The notes: generated from the sequence alone by a model not told the origin. A stretch of DNA of 64,000 bases from Candidatus Latescibacterota bacterium (GCA_965243025.1 CBDETY010000003.1:1920001-1984000); one strand, 5' to 3'; counted from the stretch's first letter, positions 31,372-41,137 are shown. Program-made: numbers and translations.

Positions 31372-31579
31372 CGCGACCGTCCAGGCAACCTGATATGCCC
31401 TCGGTTCCTTGAACCCATCCACCAACGGGGAGCACCACCGAGCCGAGGAGTCAGGAGACGACTCAGCAGGAGTACCCAATTAAGCAGGCAAGAAAATAAG
31501 GCTCCCTGCATGAGAACAAAGTGAGAATGCGTCTTCGAAAGCAGAAAGGTGGGAATGGTGGGGGAGGCCGCGGGCGGTC

Positions 31580-33310
31580 GCCGGCACATGGATCGGAGAG
31601 CCCCCCCGGCTCTGATTGAGGAGGGATCTCAGTCCGGGATCGGTGTTCCGGAGATTTCAGGAACGGCGGCGTCGAGGTCGCTGCTGAGGGATACGATCTG
31701 GTGACCTTTGGCTCCACGACGGCCAGGGCCTCTCCGACGAGGAGACCCCTTTCATCGCCTGGGGTTTCCAGCAGACCGTCGAGCGATGCAGAAGACAGAC
31801 AGGCTGCCATGGTAGGAATCCCCGGTTGCCTGCTGGATCTTCTTCCGATTCGGCCAGGGCGCGTCGAAGTGTCGCTAGTAGCTCTGTTAAAGAGTCGGCA
31901 TTGAATTTTGGACCTTCACCAACTTGGCATCGTCCCGGTTTCGATGTCGCCATACGAGGTACTCCTGCATGCGTTGGCCGACGTCTCGATGGTCCCTTGG
32001 GTCGCTGTTCTTGATGACGAAGTAATGGGCCGCCGTCAGATGGCATTCGAGACGATTCATCCAGGAGGCGTTGGTCGCGGTGAAGACCAAAAAGACCTGA
32101 TTTCGCTGACACCATCGCCGGATCTTGTCGGTCGTGTGCGTCGACAGGTTGTCGAGGACGAGGTAGATGCGTTTGGCTTTGCGGTAGCGGCGCCGGATGG
32201 CCTTCAGGAAGGTGAGCACCACCGAGGCGTGCTTCTTCGGCTTGTGATGCATCCACAGGTGATCCTCGTGGACGTTGTAGGCGCCGAAGAAGTAGCTGAC
32301 GCCGGCGTGCCGGGAGTAGGTGGCCCGGTGCCGCACCGGGTGTTTCTGCGGCGCCCACGAAGAGCCGGCATGGGGCTTGATCTGCACCGACCCCATCTCG
32401 TCGAAGCAGACTACGACCGCGTTTTTCGGCGGGCGTCGGTAGAGGCGGTTGATGCGTTTTTTTTCGAGGAGAAATCCGGATCCTTCGACTCCTTCCAGGT
32501 GCGAGTCCGCTGGTAGGTGATCTTATGCCGGTCCAGGACCTTGGCGATGGTCACGTGCGAGACCTTGGGGATCATCTGGCGCCCCACCAGACAGTCGGTC
32601 AGCTTGCACAACGACCACTGATTGAAGGGTTCGCCGAAAGCCCGAGGGGGCATCTTGGCGATCTCCACCACCACGGACTCGTCTTCGGGCGTCAGCGTCG
32701 GGGGCGCCCCGGATGGGCTCGGGTGCGCAGCGAGGCCAGCCCTTCCTCGTTGTATTGCCGCAGCAGTTGGCGCAGGTATTCCTCGTGCAGATGCAGGGTC
32801 GACGACAGTTCCTGGACCCGCATCCCCTGGGCACGGAGGGAGATCAACTGCCCTCGGCGCATCTGCACGGCATTGCGCGGCCGCTTCAGCCATCGGCTCA
32901 GTTCCCTGGATTCGGCCGCATTCGGTGTTCGAGCATGGAGACACATGGCAGGACCTCCCCGTAAGAATCGACGTATGTCCCCATGATACCAAGGCTTACG
33001 AGAAAGTACAAGCCGGAATCCTTAACGGAGCACTAGCTGACTCGGCTGGTTGGTGCAGGTCTGAAGGGCGTCGCTACGCGGAACTGAGAGGTCTGCCCTG
33101 AAGCAATCCCGCAAGCTGGCCGAATTTTCTGCAAGAACCGACCTGAGGGCACTACTTCGGACGGCAAAGAACTTCGCTGACGAGGAAATCCGCATCTGCC
33201 GTGGGTTTCATACAGACAGCACCGAAACGAGCGGTTTTCCGGGATTCCTATTACGATCCGGGTCGAACCGTGTAGGACGTGAGTTCCCCTGAGGTTCGAT
33301 GCGGTGGATT
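31580..33310 (+). repeat. Dispersed non-coding repeat family block, split by IS630
   Basis: 31580-31877 and 33034-33310 align in pieces with the reverse complement of 62925-63480 (CTGATYGAGGAGGGATCT, GGAGATTTCAGGAAC, GCTGACTCGG, ACAGACAGC, CGTGAGTTCC). Confidence 0.85.
31878..33033 (-). mobile_element. IS630 family element (transposase has an extra frameshift, probably inactive)
   Basis: CTAG at both flanks (TA duplication); imperfect TIR GTAGCTCTGTTAAAG / GTGCTCCGTTAAGG; HTH, A-run slippage near 32460, CFDEMG, VLDNLSTH, ASWMNRLE. Confidence 0.9.
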
Positions 33311-33354
33311 TTGAAGCGCGCAAGGAGAACCCACTTCCTCTTAGCACGCGGTTG

Positions 33355-33452
33355 TTAGGCCCTGAGGCTGGCGACGTAGTGGAAGGCGCCAAAGACCCAG
33401 GTTATGCTGACGACGAAGAGGGCGATTCCGGAGGCAAAGTAACGGGGGTCAT
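33355..33452 (-). pseudogene. Small TM peptide gene with a frameshift in a C5 run
   Basis: AAAGGAG RBS, ATGACCCCCGTTAC; shifted frame gives RYFASGIALFVVSITWVFGAFHYVASLRA*. Confidence 0.4.
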
Positions 33453-33517
33453 GGTGCGTCTCCTTTGGTTTGCGATCCTTTCAAATCGCGGGGTTTAAGG
33501 TGACTGGCCCGGGTATC

Positions 33518-33532
33518 GCAAACGGTGTGCCA
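33518..33532 (-). promoter_or_regulatory. Sigma54 promoter
   Basis: TGGCAC-ACCGT-TTGC, exact -24/-12 consensus, downstream of an enhancer-binding protein remnant. Confidence 0.75.
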
Positions 33533-33769
33533 CTGCTCTGCCAGCTCCGGCGTGAAATAGATACAGGTTATTTAAAAACAGCAGGTCACAGAGAGTTAAC
33601 CGGTGGCTTGCAGGGCGGATATTTCCGCTCGTCCTTTCGGGTATTATCTTTAGGTAACCTGCTGTTTATCAGAAGGTTAGGACCAAACCTGGTGATTCGA
33701 GGGTAACCTGGGAAAATACCGGAGGCTCCGATATTTCGGACTGCTGAATCCGCTATTCCGTAGGCCGGT

Positions 33770-34050
33770 CGGCCCCGTGTTCGATGTTCAGCTTCATCAT
33801 GCGGACCCCAGAGGTTGTCGGCTTGACGTCGGTTCTTTCGGCGACCCCCTACGCCGGGGATGGCGCCACCCGGCCAACTCGAGCATCGCGAGAATGTGAC
33901 CGCCAGGTCGTGCGGCAGCTTCCCGCCTCCGTCGAGAAAAGAGCGTGCGGGCTGTCGGAGAGCTCGAAGCGCCCGATCTTGCGTGCTCCGGTCCCTGTGA
34001 AGGCCCCCTTCCCGTGCCCGAAAAGTTCGCTCTCCATCCGAGTTCTACGC
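33770..34050 (-). pseudogene. Sigma54 enhancer-binding protein remnant (internally deleted)
   Basis: ESELFGHGKGAFTG...GRFELS followed within about 150 bp by a Fis-HTH-like KPTT...RMMKLNI. Confidence 0.75.
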
Positions 34051-34641
34051 CTGCGCCGCGCAGTTCACTTTGACAGGAGGACCCTCGCGGACCCTCGTTG
34101 GAATCGCCAGTTCCTCCGGTTCAGGCCCGCCATATCCTGGAACCCCTTATTGCGTTCAAGTCCATGATTTCCTATCCTGTTGCCAAGTCACTCCTTCTGC
34201 AGAGATCCGGCTGCCTTCGCCGGGTCCCTGCCGAATAAACCCATACCTCGGTCGAAGGGTAGCTCCCTGAGACTTTGGGCGAATAAGCAGGACTTTCCCG
34301 ATCTCTCTGCGGAAGGGTGACACGGCCCGGCTTTCAGTCGGTGCCGTTCGTCACCTTGTCACCGGGAGAGAACGGTAACTTCATAGAACCTGAAGTCCCC
34401 AACTACTGATCCACAGAACCAGAAGAAGGTCGGGTGGTTATCTACGTTCGTCGGTCACCGCCTTTAGGACCTCCTCTCTATCTATTACTCCATAAGAGAG
34501 TATCCGTTGGACAAACCGCTATTTGAGGGCCCTGCTGGAAAAATTCGCTCCCCTCGGAAAAAGGAAAAACAGACAGCACCTCTATGACATCTCAAACCAA
34601 CTTGGTATTCCATAAAATCCCAAACAAAGGCGAACAGATAT

Positions 34642-35307
34642 TTGGATTGGATTAAGGATCTTCCACTTCTATTTACTCTCAACTACGTATTGGCTCTTTT
34701 ATTCTTTATTCAGACTTTAGCAGTAATTGGAGGGATCCTTTACGCAGCAAGTAAAGGAGTTTTTCGGAGATTGATCTGCTTGATATGGAGACGAGAGCTT
34801 TTACAAGAAAACATTACGGGGTTCTTGGTATGGGGAAGTTCTCTTTTTTCGTATTGGTATTTCCTATTTCTTATGAATATGGTCAACTCGGATATCAACG
34901 TCGGAGAATGCTTTGCAAACTATCCAATTGTCAGTTGGTATGTTATGACGATGTCTGTTACCTTCATGATATATATCCCGGTTGATACAACTCGGCGATT
35001 AAATGAAACCATGAAACGATGTCGCCAGTTGGAAATTTTGAGAAATATAACAGATGTTTTGGATGATTTAATTCCTATAGAGCCCATACTAAAAAAAATA
35101 ATTGGACCATTGAGTATCTCCCCTTTGGGCAAAAGAATTGGACTAGCAGGAAAAATAGTATCGTGGATAGTCAAAAGTCATATTGATCGAAAAGTCGGGG
35201 ATGCGGTTTCATATTTTCTAATCAGATCTTCTTTGGAATTTGGAGGACGAGTTTCTCTCCTGATTGGAGCTATATACTGTGCAACAGGAAAAATCATTCT
35301 TTGGTGA
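34642..35307 (+). CDS. Hypothetical membrane protein (AT-rich)
   Basis: 221-aa ORF with about 4 hydrophobic segments; start uncertain. Confidence 0.65.
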   Translation: MDWIKDLPLLFTLNYVLALLFFIQTLAVIGGILYAASKGVFRRLICLIWRRELLQENITGFLVWGSSLFSYWYFLFLMNMVNSDINVGECFANYPIVSWYVMTMSVTFMIYIPVDTTRRLNETMKRCRQLEILRNITDVLDDLIPIEPILKKIIGPLSISPLGKRIGLAGKIVSWIVKSHIDRKVGDAVSYFLIRSSLEFGGRVSLLIGAIYCATGKIILW

Positions 35308-35484
35308 GAAGCAAATCTGGCCAGTAGCGGTGCACTGGTACTGGCCAGATTTGTCTGAGAAGGCGAGATCGACCGCGAATGCTCCGACATGGCGCCCCAT
35401 AGCCATGCCTATCCTCACCAGATTAATTTCGGGGAAACCTTGCAACTATGCAGTAAAGTAAATTAAGGAGGGAGGGCAATAACC

Positions 35485-36111
35485 ATGCTGAGAGTCATAG
35501 GAATTAATCCGATGGCAGCCGCTGGTGTTATCGCCATCGACTCGATGCTTTTCGGTGGAACAGTATTTACCGGAGGCGTTGGTTACATAGCTTCGATTCC
35601 GGTTGGTATCGCAACTGCCATTGCGGTTTGCCTCATACAGAACCGTGGATTTCCGCGGGACGATTTGGGGCTCGCAGCCGGGAAAGGAATAATGGTGGGG
35701 TTGCTTACGGCGATCCCAACGCCCTTGCCTTCGGTTTTTGTTTTTGGAGCAGGGACGGCCGGTGCGTTGGTACGCAAAAGGAGGCTTGATCTCCTGGAGG
35801 GCGACTCAGCAAATTCGCAGAAATTTCTGAAATTTAGAACAGTGGTAATTTTAATCATTTTTATAGCCATTTTGGCATCGATGGTCCTTGTAATGGTCGC
35901 ATACATTGGTCGTTCAAACCAGGAAACTGTAAATTTGCCTAGAGTTGACCCGATTTCGTGGACACCTCATTTCCTGAAGAAAGAGAGGAGGATGTCCAAC
36001 CATGCCATGCCGAAATCAAAGGGCTACCCATCCCGTTCCCCGAATCGATTTTGGAAACCTAAGATTACCGCGCCCTGCCGCATTTCACCTTGGCATGAAA
36101 TGATTTGCTGA
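35485..36111 (+). CDS. Hypothetical membrane protein
   Basis: AAGGAGG upstream; hydrophobic segments, VGLLTAIPTPLP; 3' end may be truncated or chimeric. Confidence 0.65.
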   Translation: MLRVIGINPMAAAGVIAIDSMLFGGTVFTGGVGYIASIPVGIATAIAVCLIQNRGFPRDDLGLAAGKGIMVGLLTAIPTPLPSVFVFGAGTAGALVRKRRLDLLEGDSANSQKFLKFRTVVILIIFIAILASMVLVMVAYIGRSNQETVNLPRVDPISWTPHFLKKERRMSNHAMPKSKGYPSRSPNRFWKPKITAPCRISPWHEMIC

Positions 36112-36164
36112 TTCTCAAGCTAAAGGATAGGCGCAACGGATTGCACCTACCCTCCGGTCGGCAT

Positions 36165-36248
36165 CTACCGGCTGCGCCAGTGGTTCAGGACGATCTGAAT
36201 CACTTCCAGCGCGACTTCCAGCAGAATCGCCAACCATCTTGGCATCAT
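36165..36248 (-). CDS. Small hydrophobic peptide (27 aa)
   Basis: MMPRWLAILLEVALEVIQIVLNHWRSR*; ATGA overlap with the upstream stop. Confidence 0.5.
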   Translation of the reverse strand: MMPRWLAILLEVALEVIQIVLNHWRSR

Positions 36249-36634
36249 GAGCTATCACCCCCTTCCTGTGGTGGGTCCTTCCGGACGAACTTCCCGGTCT
36301 CGTCCCGCACTCTGCGCTGGGCAGCCCGCTGGGCCGCCCGACTTCTCGGGCTGGGTCCTTCCGGGTCTACGCCGTTCTGGATGTCGTTGTCAGGGATACC
36401 GGGGGCGTCCCGTGGATCGGGATCGGTTTCCATCCCGAAGTCTCGACGGACAACAGACAGCTTGTCCTTCACCTTCGCCTTGATCCACTCGGTATGGACC
36501 TTGTTGAGGGCCAGCTTGTAGAGGAACACTCCCGCCTCTCGGGCCGCGACCACGGCGATGACTTTGACAACGGGTTTCAGGGAGTTCAGCAGTTTCCGCT
36601 GTTCGCCGTTGCCGGTGAGGGGATTGGGAATCAT
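36245..36634 (-). CDS. Hypothetical protein
   Basis: AAGGAG RBS before MIPNP; contains RDETGKFV. Confidence 0.6.
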   Translation of the reverse strand: MIPNPLTGNGEQRKLLNSLKPVVKVIAVVAAREAGVFLYKLALNKVHTEWIKAKVKDKLSVVRRDFGMETDPDPRDAPGIPDNDIQNGVDPEGPSPRSRAAQRAAQRRVRDETGKFVRKDPPQEGGDSS

Positions 36635-36651
36635 GAGGGTTCTCCTTCGCG

Positions 36652-36861
36652 TCAAATGTCCTTCGGACGCCCGGGGGTCTTTCCTCCGGCCTCCCGGGAC
36701 AGCAGTTCGATGAGTTGCCTTGCCCGGCCTACGGGCAGGATGATTTCGTAGGTGCCACCTCCCCGGCGGGCGCCTTGAACGGAGATTCCCGGTATCTGAA
36801 GTCCCGAAAGGAAGGTGCATTCCTCAACGGTCTGGATCTCCACCGTGCGATGTTCGACCAT
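36652..36861 (-). CDS. Hypothetical protein
   Basis: AAAGGA RBS before MVEHR; co-oriented with the next small genes. Confidence 0.55.
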   Translation of the reverse strand: MVEHRTVEIQTVEECTFLSGLQIPGISVQGARRGGGTYEIILPVGRARQLIELLSREAGGKTPGRPKDI

Positions 36862-36904
36862 GCGGTTTCCTTTTTTTGAGCGGTTTGATGTTATGGGAGA
36901 GCAC

Positions 36905-36935
36905 AAAAAAGCCCCCGGCCTTCAAAGAGGCGGGG
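36905..36935 (-). terminator. Intrinsic terminator after the second IS1595 transposase
   Basis: CCCCGCCTCTTTGAAGGCCGGGGGC followed by TTTTTT on the minus strand. Confidence 0.55.
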
Positions 36936-36959
36936 GAGCGGCGAAGGGCCTGGCTGTTT

Positions 36960-37952
36960 TTATTTTACCAGATCCCGGTACAGCAACCGTTTGCCCACCA
37001 TCCGGGCAACCAGGTCTTCCATCTGCTCAAGGGTGTCCTTGTCGCGGATGTTGTGCCTTCCGACGAACTCGTCGATGTATCGCTGCAGGTGCTTGGGGGA
37101 CATTTTGTGATAGGTCCCCTTGTAGGCTCGCTTGATCATGGACCAGAAGCTTTCGATGCCGTTGGTGTGGGACCCATCGGTTGAGAACTGGCCTTTCGAG
37201 TGAATGACGAACTCGGATTTCCCCGGCCACCTGAAATCCTTCAAGGCACTGGCTCCATCGCTGTACAGGGTGCCGTTTGCTCTCAGGTGCCTCTTGGCAA
37301 ACGCTTGCAGAATGTCCGCCGTTTCGGCAGGGATAACGCTTGCGGCGACCTTGCCGGATTTTCGGTCCTTCATGCCCACGACGATGGTTTTTCCCTCCAT
37401 CCATCGTTCCCGCAGTCTCTTGTCGGCGTGCTTGTTGGCCTCCTTTCCGCCAAAATAGGCCTGGTCGATCTCGCCTCTCCTGCTTCCGAGCTTTTCTTGA
37501 TCCGACCAGGCTTCGCGGATGCGGTGGCCCATGAACCAGGCCGTTGCATGCGTTACCTGGAGGTCCCGGTGCAGCTTCAGGCTGGACACGCCCTTGAGGC
37601 TGGACAGGTGCAGGTAGATGGCGATGACCCATTTCTGCAGGGGGACCTTGGAGTGGGACAGCACCGTTCCGGTGCGCACGCTGAACCGCTTTCGGCAGTC
37701 CCCGCACCAGTAGGGCATGGATTTTCGGTCGGGACATTCCGATATCATGCCGTAACAGCCGCAGTGGGGGCAGTGGATCTGCTTGCTCCACCGGGTTTCC
37801 TCGAACCAGCGTTCCGCGGCCGCGTCGTCGGGGAACCTGGCGAACAGCTCGATCAGGGACAGGCCTTTCCGGTCGTTCCTTCCCGGCCCTTCCGGGACAA
37901 GCCCCCTGCCGGCTTTGGACCAGCGGCCCAGGAATCGTTTAAAAAGTTTCAT
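36960..37952 (-). CDS. IS1595 family transposase (second, divergent copy)
   Basis: CPHCG...CGDC, EIDQAYFGG, YSD, HTNGIESFWS, YHKMSPKHLQRY. Confidence 0.93.
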   Translation of the reverse strand: MKLFKRFLGRWSKAGRGLVPEGPGRNDRKGLSLIELFARFPDDAAAERWFEETRWSKQIHCPHCGCYGMISECPDRKSMPYWCGDCRKRFSVRTGTVLSHSKVPLQKWVIAIYLHLSSLKGVSSLKLHRDLQVTHATAWFMGHRIREAWSDQEKLGSRRGEIDQAYFGGKEANKHADKRLRERWMEGKTIVVGMKDRKSGKVAASVIPAETADILQAFAKRHLRANGTLYSDGASALKDFRWPGKSEFVIHSKGQFSTDGSHTNGIESFWSMIKRAYKGTYHKMSPKHLQRYIDEFVGRHNIRDKDTLEQMEDLVARMVGKRLLYRDLVK

Positions 37953-37993
37953 GAGTTCCTTTTCTGAGTGAGATGGAAGAACGGGGTCCCCCC

Positions 37994-38431
37994 CTATACG
38001 ATTCCGAGCTCCTTCATGGATACGCTTTCGCCAGGAGGAGCGACGACGACATGATCGAGCACCTGAATCCCCATCAGGCCGCCGGCCTCGGCAAGACGGT
38101 GGGTGAGATCGATGTCTTCCTTGGAGGGCGCCGGATCCCCGGAGGGGTGATTGTGCGCCAGAATGATGCTGGTGGCTCCCTTCAGGATCGCTGCCTTGAA
38201 CACTTCTCGGGGATGGACAAGGGAAGCGTTCTGACTGCCGATGGAGGTCGTCTCATGTGCGACTACGCGATTGCGGGTGTCGAGGTGGAGGACTATGAAC
38301 ACCTCCCGGTCGGCTGAGGCTATGTCGAGGGTTTCCAGGTAGGCGAGCACCTCGTTGGGACTGGTCAGCGGCTCCGAGCATACGTCCTGCCAGATCTGCC
38401 GCACCTTGCGTTCTACGACTTCGAGTTTCAT
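37994..38431 (-). CDS. radC: RadC-like JAB domain protein
   Basis: VHPREVFKAA, AHNHPSGDPAPSKED, VLDHVV. Confidence 0.92.
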   Translation of the reverse strand: MKLEVVERKVRQIWQDVCSEPLTSPNEVLAYLETLDIASADREVFIVLHLDTRNRVVAHETTSIGSQNASLVHPREVFKAAILKGATSIILAHNHPSGDPAPSKEDIDLTHRLAEAGGLMGIQVLDHVVVAPPGESVSMKELGIV

Positions 38432-38679
38432 GGGGTCCTTTCTTCTGGTGAGATGCCGTCAGTTCATGTTTTCATCCCCCCTTCTTGTTCTGCCACAGGA
38501 GGTTGCGTATAACAGGTGCCGCATTACGTTCCGGTTTTTCAGGACAGGCGATCAGGAAAGACCGCCGGGAGTGACTCAAAGAGGAGGGCAGCCTGGAGTC
38601 TTCGAATTACCCAGGTATGCTATTCAGCAAGGTCCCTGACCGCATCGAATCGGCCAAGGGGGACGCGAGACTACCGTAC

Positions 38680-38835
38680 CGGATCCAGAGCTGATTCCAG
38701 ATCTTTCAATACCTGAAGGAACGCTCTTTGGCTTTTGTCTGTGCATCGCAGCAGCTTGTTTGAGGGGCATCGTGATACACCCGCACCGTCAGCTTTTCCT
38801 GGCGGGGATAGATTTCGAAATCGAAAGAGGGTCCC
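38680..38835 (-). repeat. Degenerate duplicate of the 3' half of gene 39525..39836
   Basis: CTTTTCCTGGCGGGGATAGATTTCGAA and TCGAAAGAGGGTCCCG shared with 39535-39691; contains a frameshift. Confidence 0.9.
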
Positions 38836-39440
38836 GTTCGGGCCGAACCCCACTGCAGACCGCCGCCCAGTGGAATCAGAATCTCGCCGTCATCACAGCC
38901 AAGCTGAACGCCGGAGCGGACCCGAATGCCCGGGACAACAACGGAAACACCGCACTGCATTTCGCTGCCTGGAACGAAAAAACCTCTGTCATTACGGCCT
39001 TCCTGAAGGCCGGAGCCGATCCGAACGCTCGTAATCGATTCGGGGACACACCTTTGATGTGGTGGGCTGCCACGGGAAGGGCCAATCCCGTCGCCATCGC
39101 TGCTCTCCTGGAAGCAGGAGCCGACCCGAACGCACAGAATAAATCAGGCGAAACACCCCTGCGTTGGGCTGCAGCGGTTAACGAGAACCCTGCCGTCATA
39201 GCGGCTTTGCTGAAAGCAGGAGCGGATCCCAACGCACGGGACATGGATGGGAATACGTACCTCCACTCTGCAGCCGCCAAAAACCAGAACCCCGCCGTTA
39301 TCGCGGCCTTGCTGGACGCCGGAGCCGATCCGGCTGCTCGAAACGCGGAAGGTAAAATCCCGTGGGATTACGCCGAGGAAAACGAGGCGCTCCGAAAAAC
39401 CGAGGCTTATTGGCGGCTGAACGACGCGAGGTTCGAATAA
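38760..39440 (+). CDS. Ankyrin repeat protein (5 repeats), 5' end apparently chimeric or truncated
   Basis: Repeated G-TPL/ALH-AA...LL-AGADPNAR; ends AYWRLNDARFE. Confidence 0.85.
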   Translation: MRGIVIHPHRQLFLAGIDFEIERGSRSGRTPLQTAAQWNQNLAVITAKLNAGADPNARDNNGNTALHFAAWNEKTSVITAFLKAGADPNARNRFGDTPLMWWAATGRANPVAIAALLEAGADPNAQNKSGETPLRWAAAVNENPAVIAALLKAGADPNARDMDGNTYLHSAAAKNQNPAVIAALLDAGADPAARNAEGKIPWDYAEENEALRKTEAYWRLNDARFE

Positions 39441-39524
39441 CCAGATTCAAACAACCTGGTGGGAGGGGACGAGCCGATGTCCCAGGGCTCAGGTCGTGGA
39501 AGAATCAGCCAGGGGGCTCCGGGA

Positions 39525-39836
39525 CTAAGGTGCTGGACCCAGAGCAGATTCCAGTTCCTTCAATACCTGAAGAAGTCCGTCTTTCGCCTTTGCCTGTGCA
39601 TCGCAGGAGCTGAGTTCCGGGGTATCGTGATACACCAGCATCGTCAACTTTTCCTGGCGGGGATAGATTTCGAATTCGAAAGAGGGTCCCGGCTGAAGCG
39701 GCGGCTGGTAGAGGACCAGGACGATCTCCACCTCGGTAACGTATTTCCCTGCCGGTGGCGCAAAGATGCCGTCGGCAAACCGGTTCGGGTTCACCCTCTC
39801 GGTCTGGCCCGGGAGGGCACGGATTCGTTCGGTCAT
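39525..39836 (-). CDS. Hypothetical protein
   Basis: AAAGGA RBS before MTERI; a paralogous fragment lies at 38680. Confidence 0.55.
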   Translation of the reverse strand: MTERIRALPGQTERVNPNRFADGIFAPPAGKYVTEVEIVLVLYQPPLQPGPSFEFEIYPRQEKLTMLVYHDTPELSSCDAQAKAKDGLLQVLKELESALGPAP

Positions 39837-39863
39837 GCCAAGTCCTTTCTTTGAAGGAGGGAG

Positions 39864-40358
39864 ATGTTGAAGTGGCTGCAGCCTTCTGAAGAACTGACTG
39901 CCATTTTCGGCCACGAGCCGGTGTCCAAGGCTCAGGTCGTCGAAGGATTCTGGGGCTACATCCGGGAGAACGGCTTACAGGACCCGAGGAATCCGCGAAG
40001 GATCAAAGCCGGCGAAAACCTCGGGAGGATTTTCGACGGCCAGGATCAGGTGACCCTGTTCGAGTTGACCAGGATGGTCAACAAACACCTGTTCGTCTGC
40101 TCGGAAGGCGAGGCGGTAACAGACGAGGAGCTGGTGAGGGAGTTCGAGGAAAAGGTGCTGGCGGGGTCCTACGAGACGCTGGGGTGCTCGCCGGAGATGT
40201 CCGACGAGGAACTGAAACAGAAATACCGGGAACTATCTCGTGAATATCACCCGGACAAGCTGTCCGGGGAGGTTCCCGCAGGAATCGTCAAACTGGCGGA
40301 GGAGAAGTTTCAGGAGATTCAAAGCGCCTACGCCCTCGTGGTGACATCCAGGAGCTGA
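39864..40358 (+). CDS. SWIB/MDM2 domain - J-domain fusion protein
   Basis: PSEEL...WGYIRENGLQDP...VNKHL (SWIB); YETLG...YRELSREYHPDK...KFQEIQSAY (J domain). Confidence 0.85.
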   Translation: MLKWLQPSEELTAIFGHEPVSKAQVVEGFWGYIRENGLQDPRNPRRIKAGENLGRIFDGQDQVTLFELTRMVNKHLFVCSEGEAVTDEELVREFEEKVLAGSYETLGCSPEMSDEELKQKYRELSREYHPDKLSGEVPAGIVKLAEEKFQEIQSAYALVVTSRS

Positions 40359-40397
40359 CCCGGCATCTTGGGAAACCGTGAAGGAGGAAGTTGGCCC

Positions 40398-40475
40398 ATG
40401 AAAAGGTTCCTATTGGCCGCTCTGATTGCCGTGGCGGCGGCCTTTGTTCTTACGATGCTGCGAGTGATTCCGTAA
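40398..40475 (+). CDS. Small hydrophobic peptide or truncated secreted protein
   Basis: AAGGAGG RBS, MKRFLLAALIAVAAAFVLTMLRVIP*. Confidence 0.4.
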   Translation: MKRFLLAALIAVAAAFVLTMLRVIP

Positions 40476-40490
40476 GAGTGTCCCTGCCTG

Positions 40491-40763
40491 TCATCCTTTC
40501 TTCACCGCCATTTTCCTGATCTCCTCCAGGGCGGTGTCCAGATACGGATCCATGATACCCTCTGATTCTCCGAACAACTCCAGCAGGGCGAAGGTGAGGC
40601 ATATAGCCTGCACTGCCGACACCGGGAGGGCGATCCCTCCCATCTCGGGGTGCCGGAAGAAGAGGGCAATACAGGCTGGATCTACGTCCGCCATCAGGTG
40701 AACCTTCTCGAAGGCCACGTCCTGATATACGGATTCGATTTTGCTTCTGATTTTCTGGTCCAT
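40491..40763 (-). CDS. Hypothetical protein
   Basis: AAAGGA RBS before MDQKIR. Confidence 0.55.
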   Translation of the reverse strand: MDQKIRSKIESVYQDVAFEKVHLMADVDPACIALFFRHPEMGGIALPVSAVQAICLTFALLELFGESEGIMDPYLDTALEEIRKMAVKKG

Positions 40764-40852
40764 TGACTGGTTTCCTTTCCCGGAAAGGGAGATTTGCTGA
40801 TATATGCGGGCTTGTGGAGAACAGGAGAGCAATGGGGTGTGGGCCTGTCCTG

Positions 40853-41062
40853 TCACTCTCCATCCGCCCTTACCCATCCCTCGACCCTCTGAGACAGGGT
40901 CTTGACCTCGGAGAGACGGAAGACGAGTTCGCGAACTTCCCCTCCGTGCTTCTGGCGGTGTGCCGTTGCTTCCCGAAGGGTTTCGAACCGTTCAACCTTC
41001 TTGTCCTTGACTACTGCATATCGGCGGATGATCCACTTGGGTAGATCCACTTCCTCGGACAT
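40853..41062 (-). CDS. Hypothetical protein
   Basis: AAAGGAG RBS before MSEEVD. Confidence 0.55.
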   Translation of the reverse strand: MSEEVDLPKWIIRRYAVVKDKKVERFETLREATAHRQKHGGEVRELVFRLSEVKTLSQRVEGWVRADGE

Positions 41063-41137
41063 GGCATTCTCCTTTGTCGGTGGGTATCATCCGGATGGGG
41101 TTCGTTTAGTCGATGGGTAGCATTGAGCCAAGCTGAA

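Noticed and set aside
26600-33320. Integron with attC sites between cargo genes
   Set aside because: No tyrosine integrase and no RYYYAAC...GTTRRRY palindromic sites seen; cargo orientation is mixed
33639-33650. GGGTATTAT as another IS1595 end
   Set aside because: Matches only the loose consensus, has no partner, and lies within the sigma54 regulatory region
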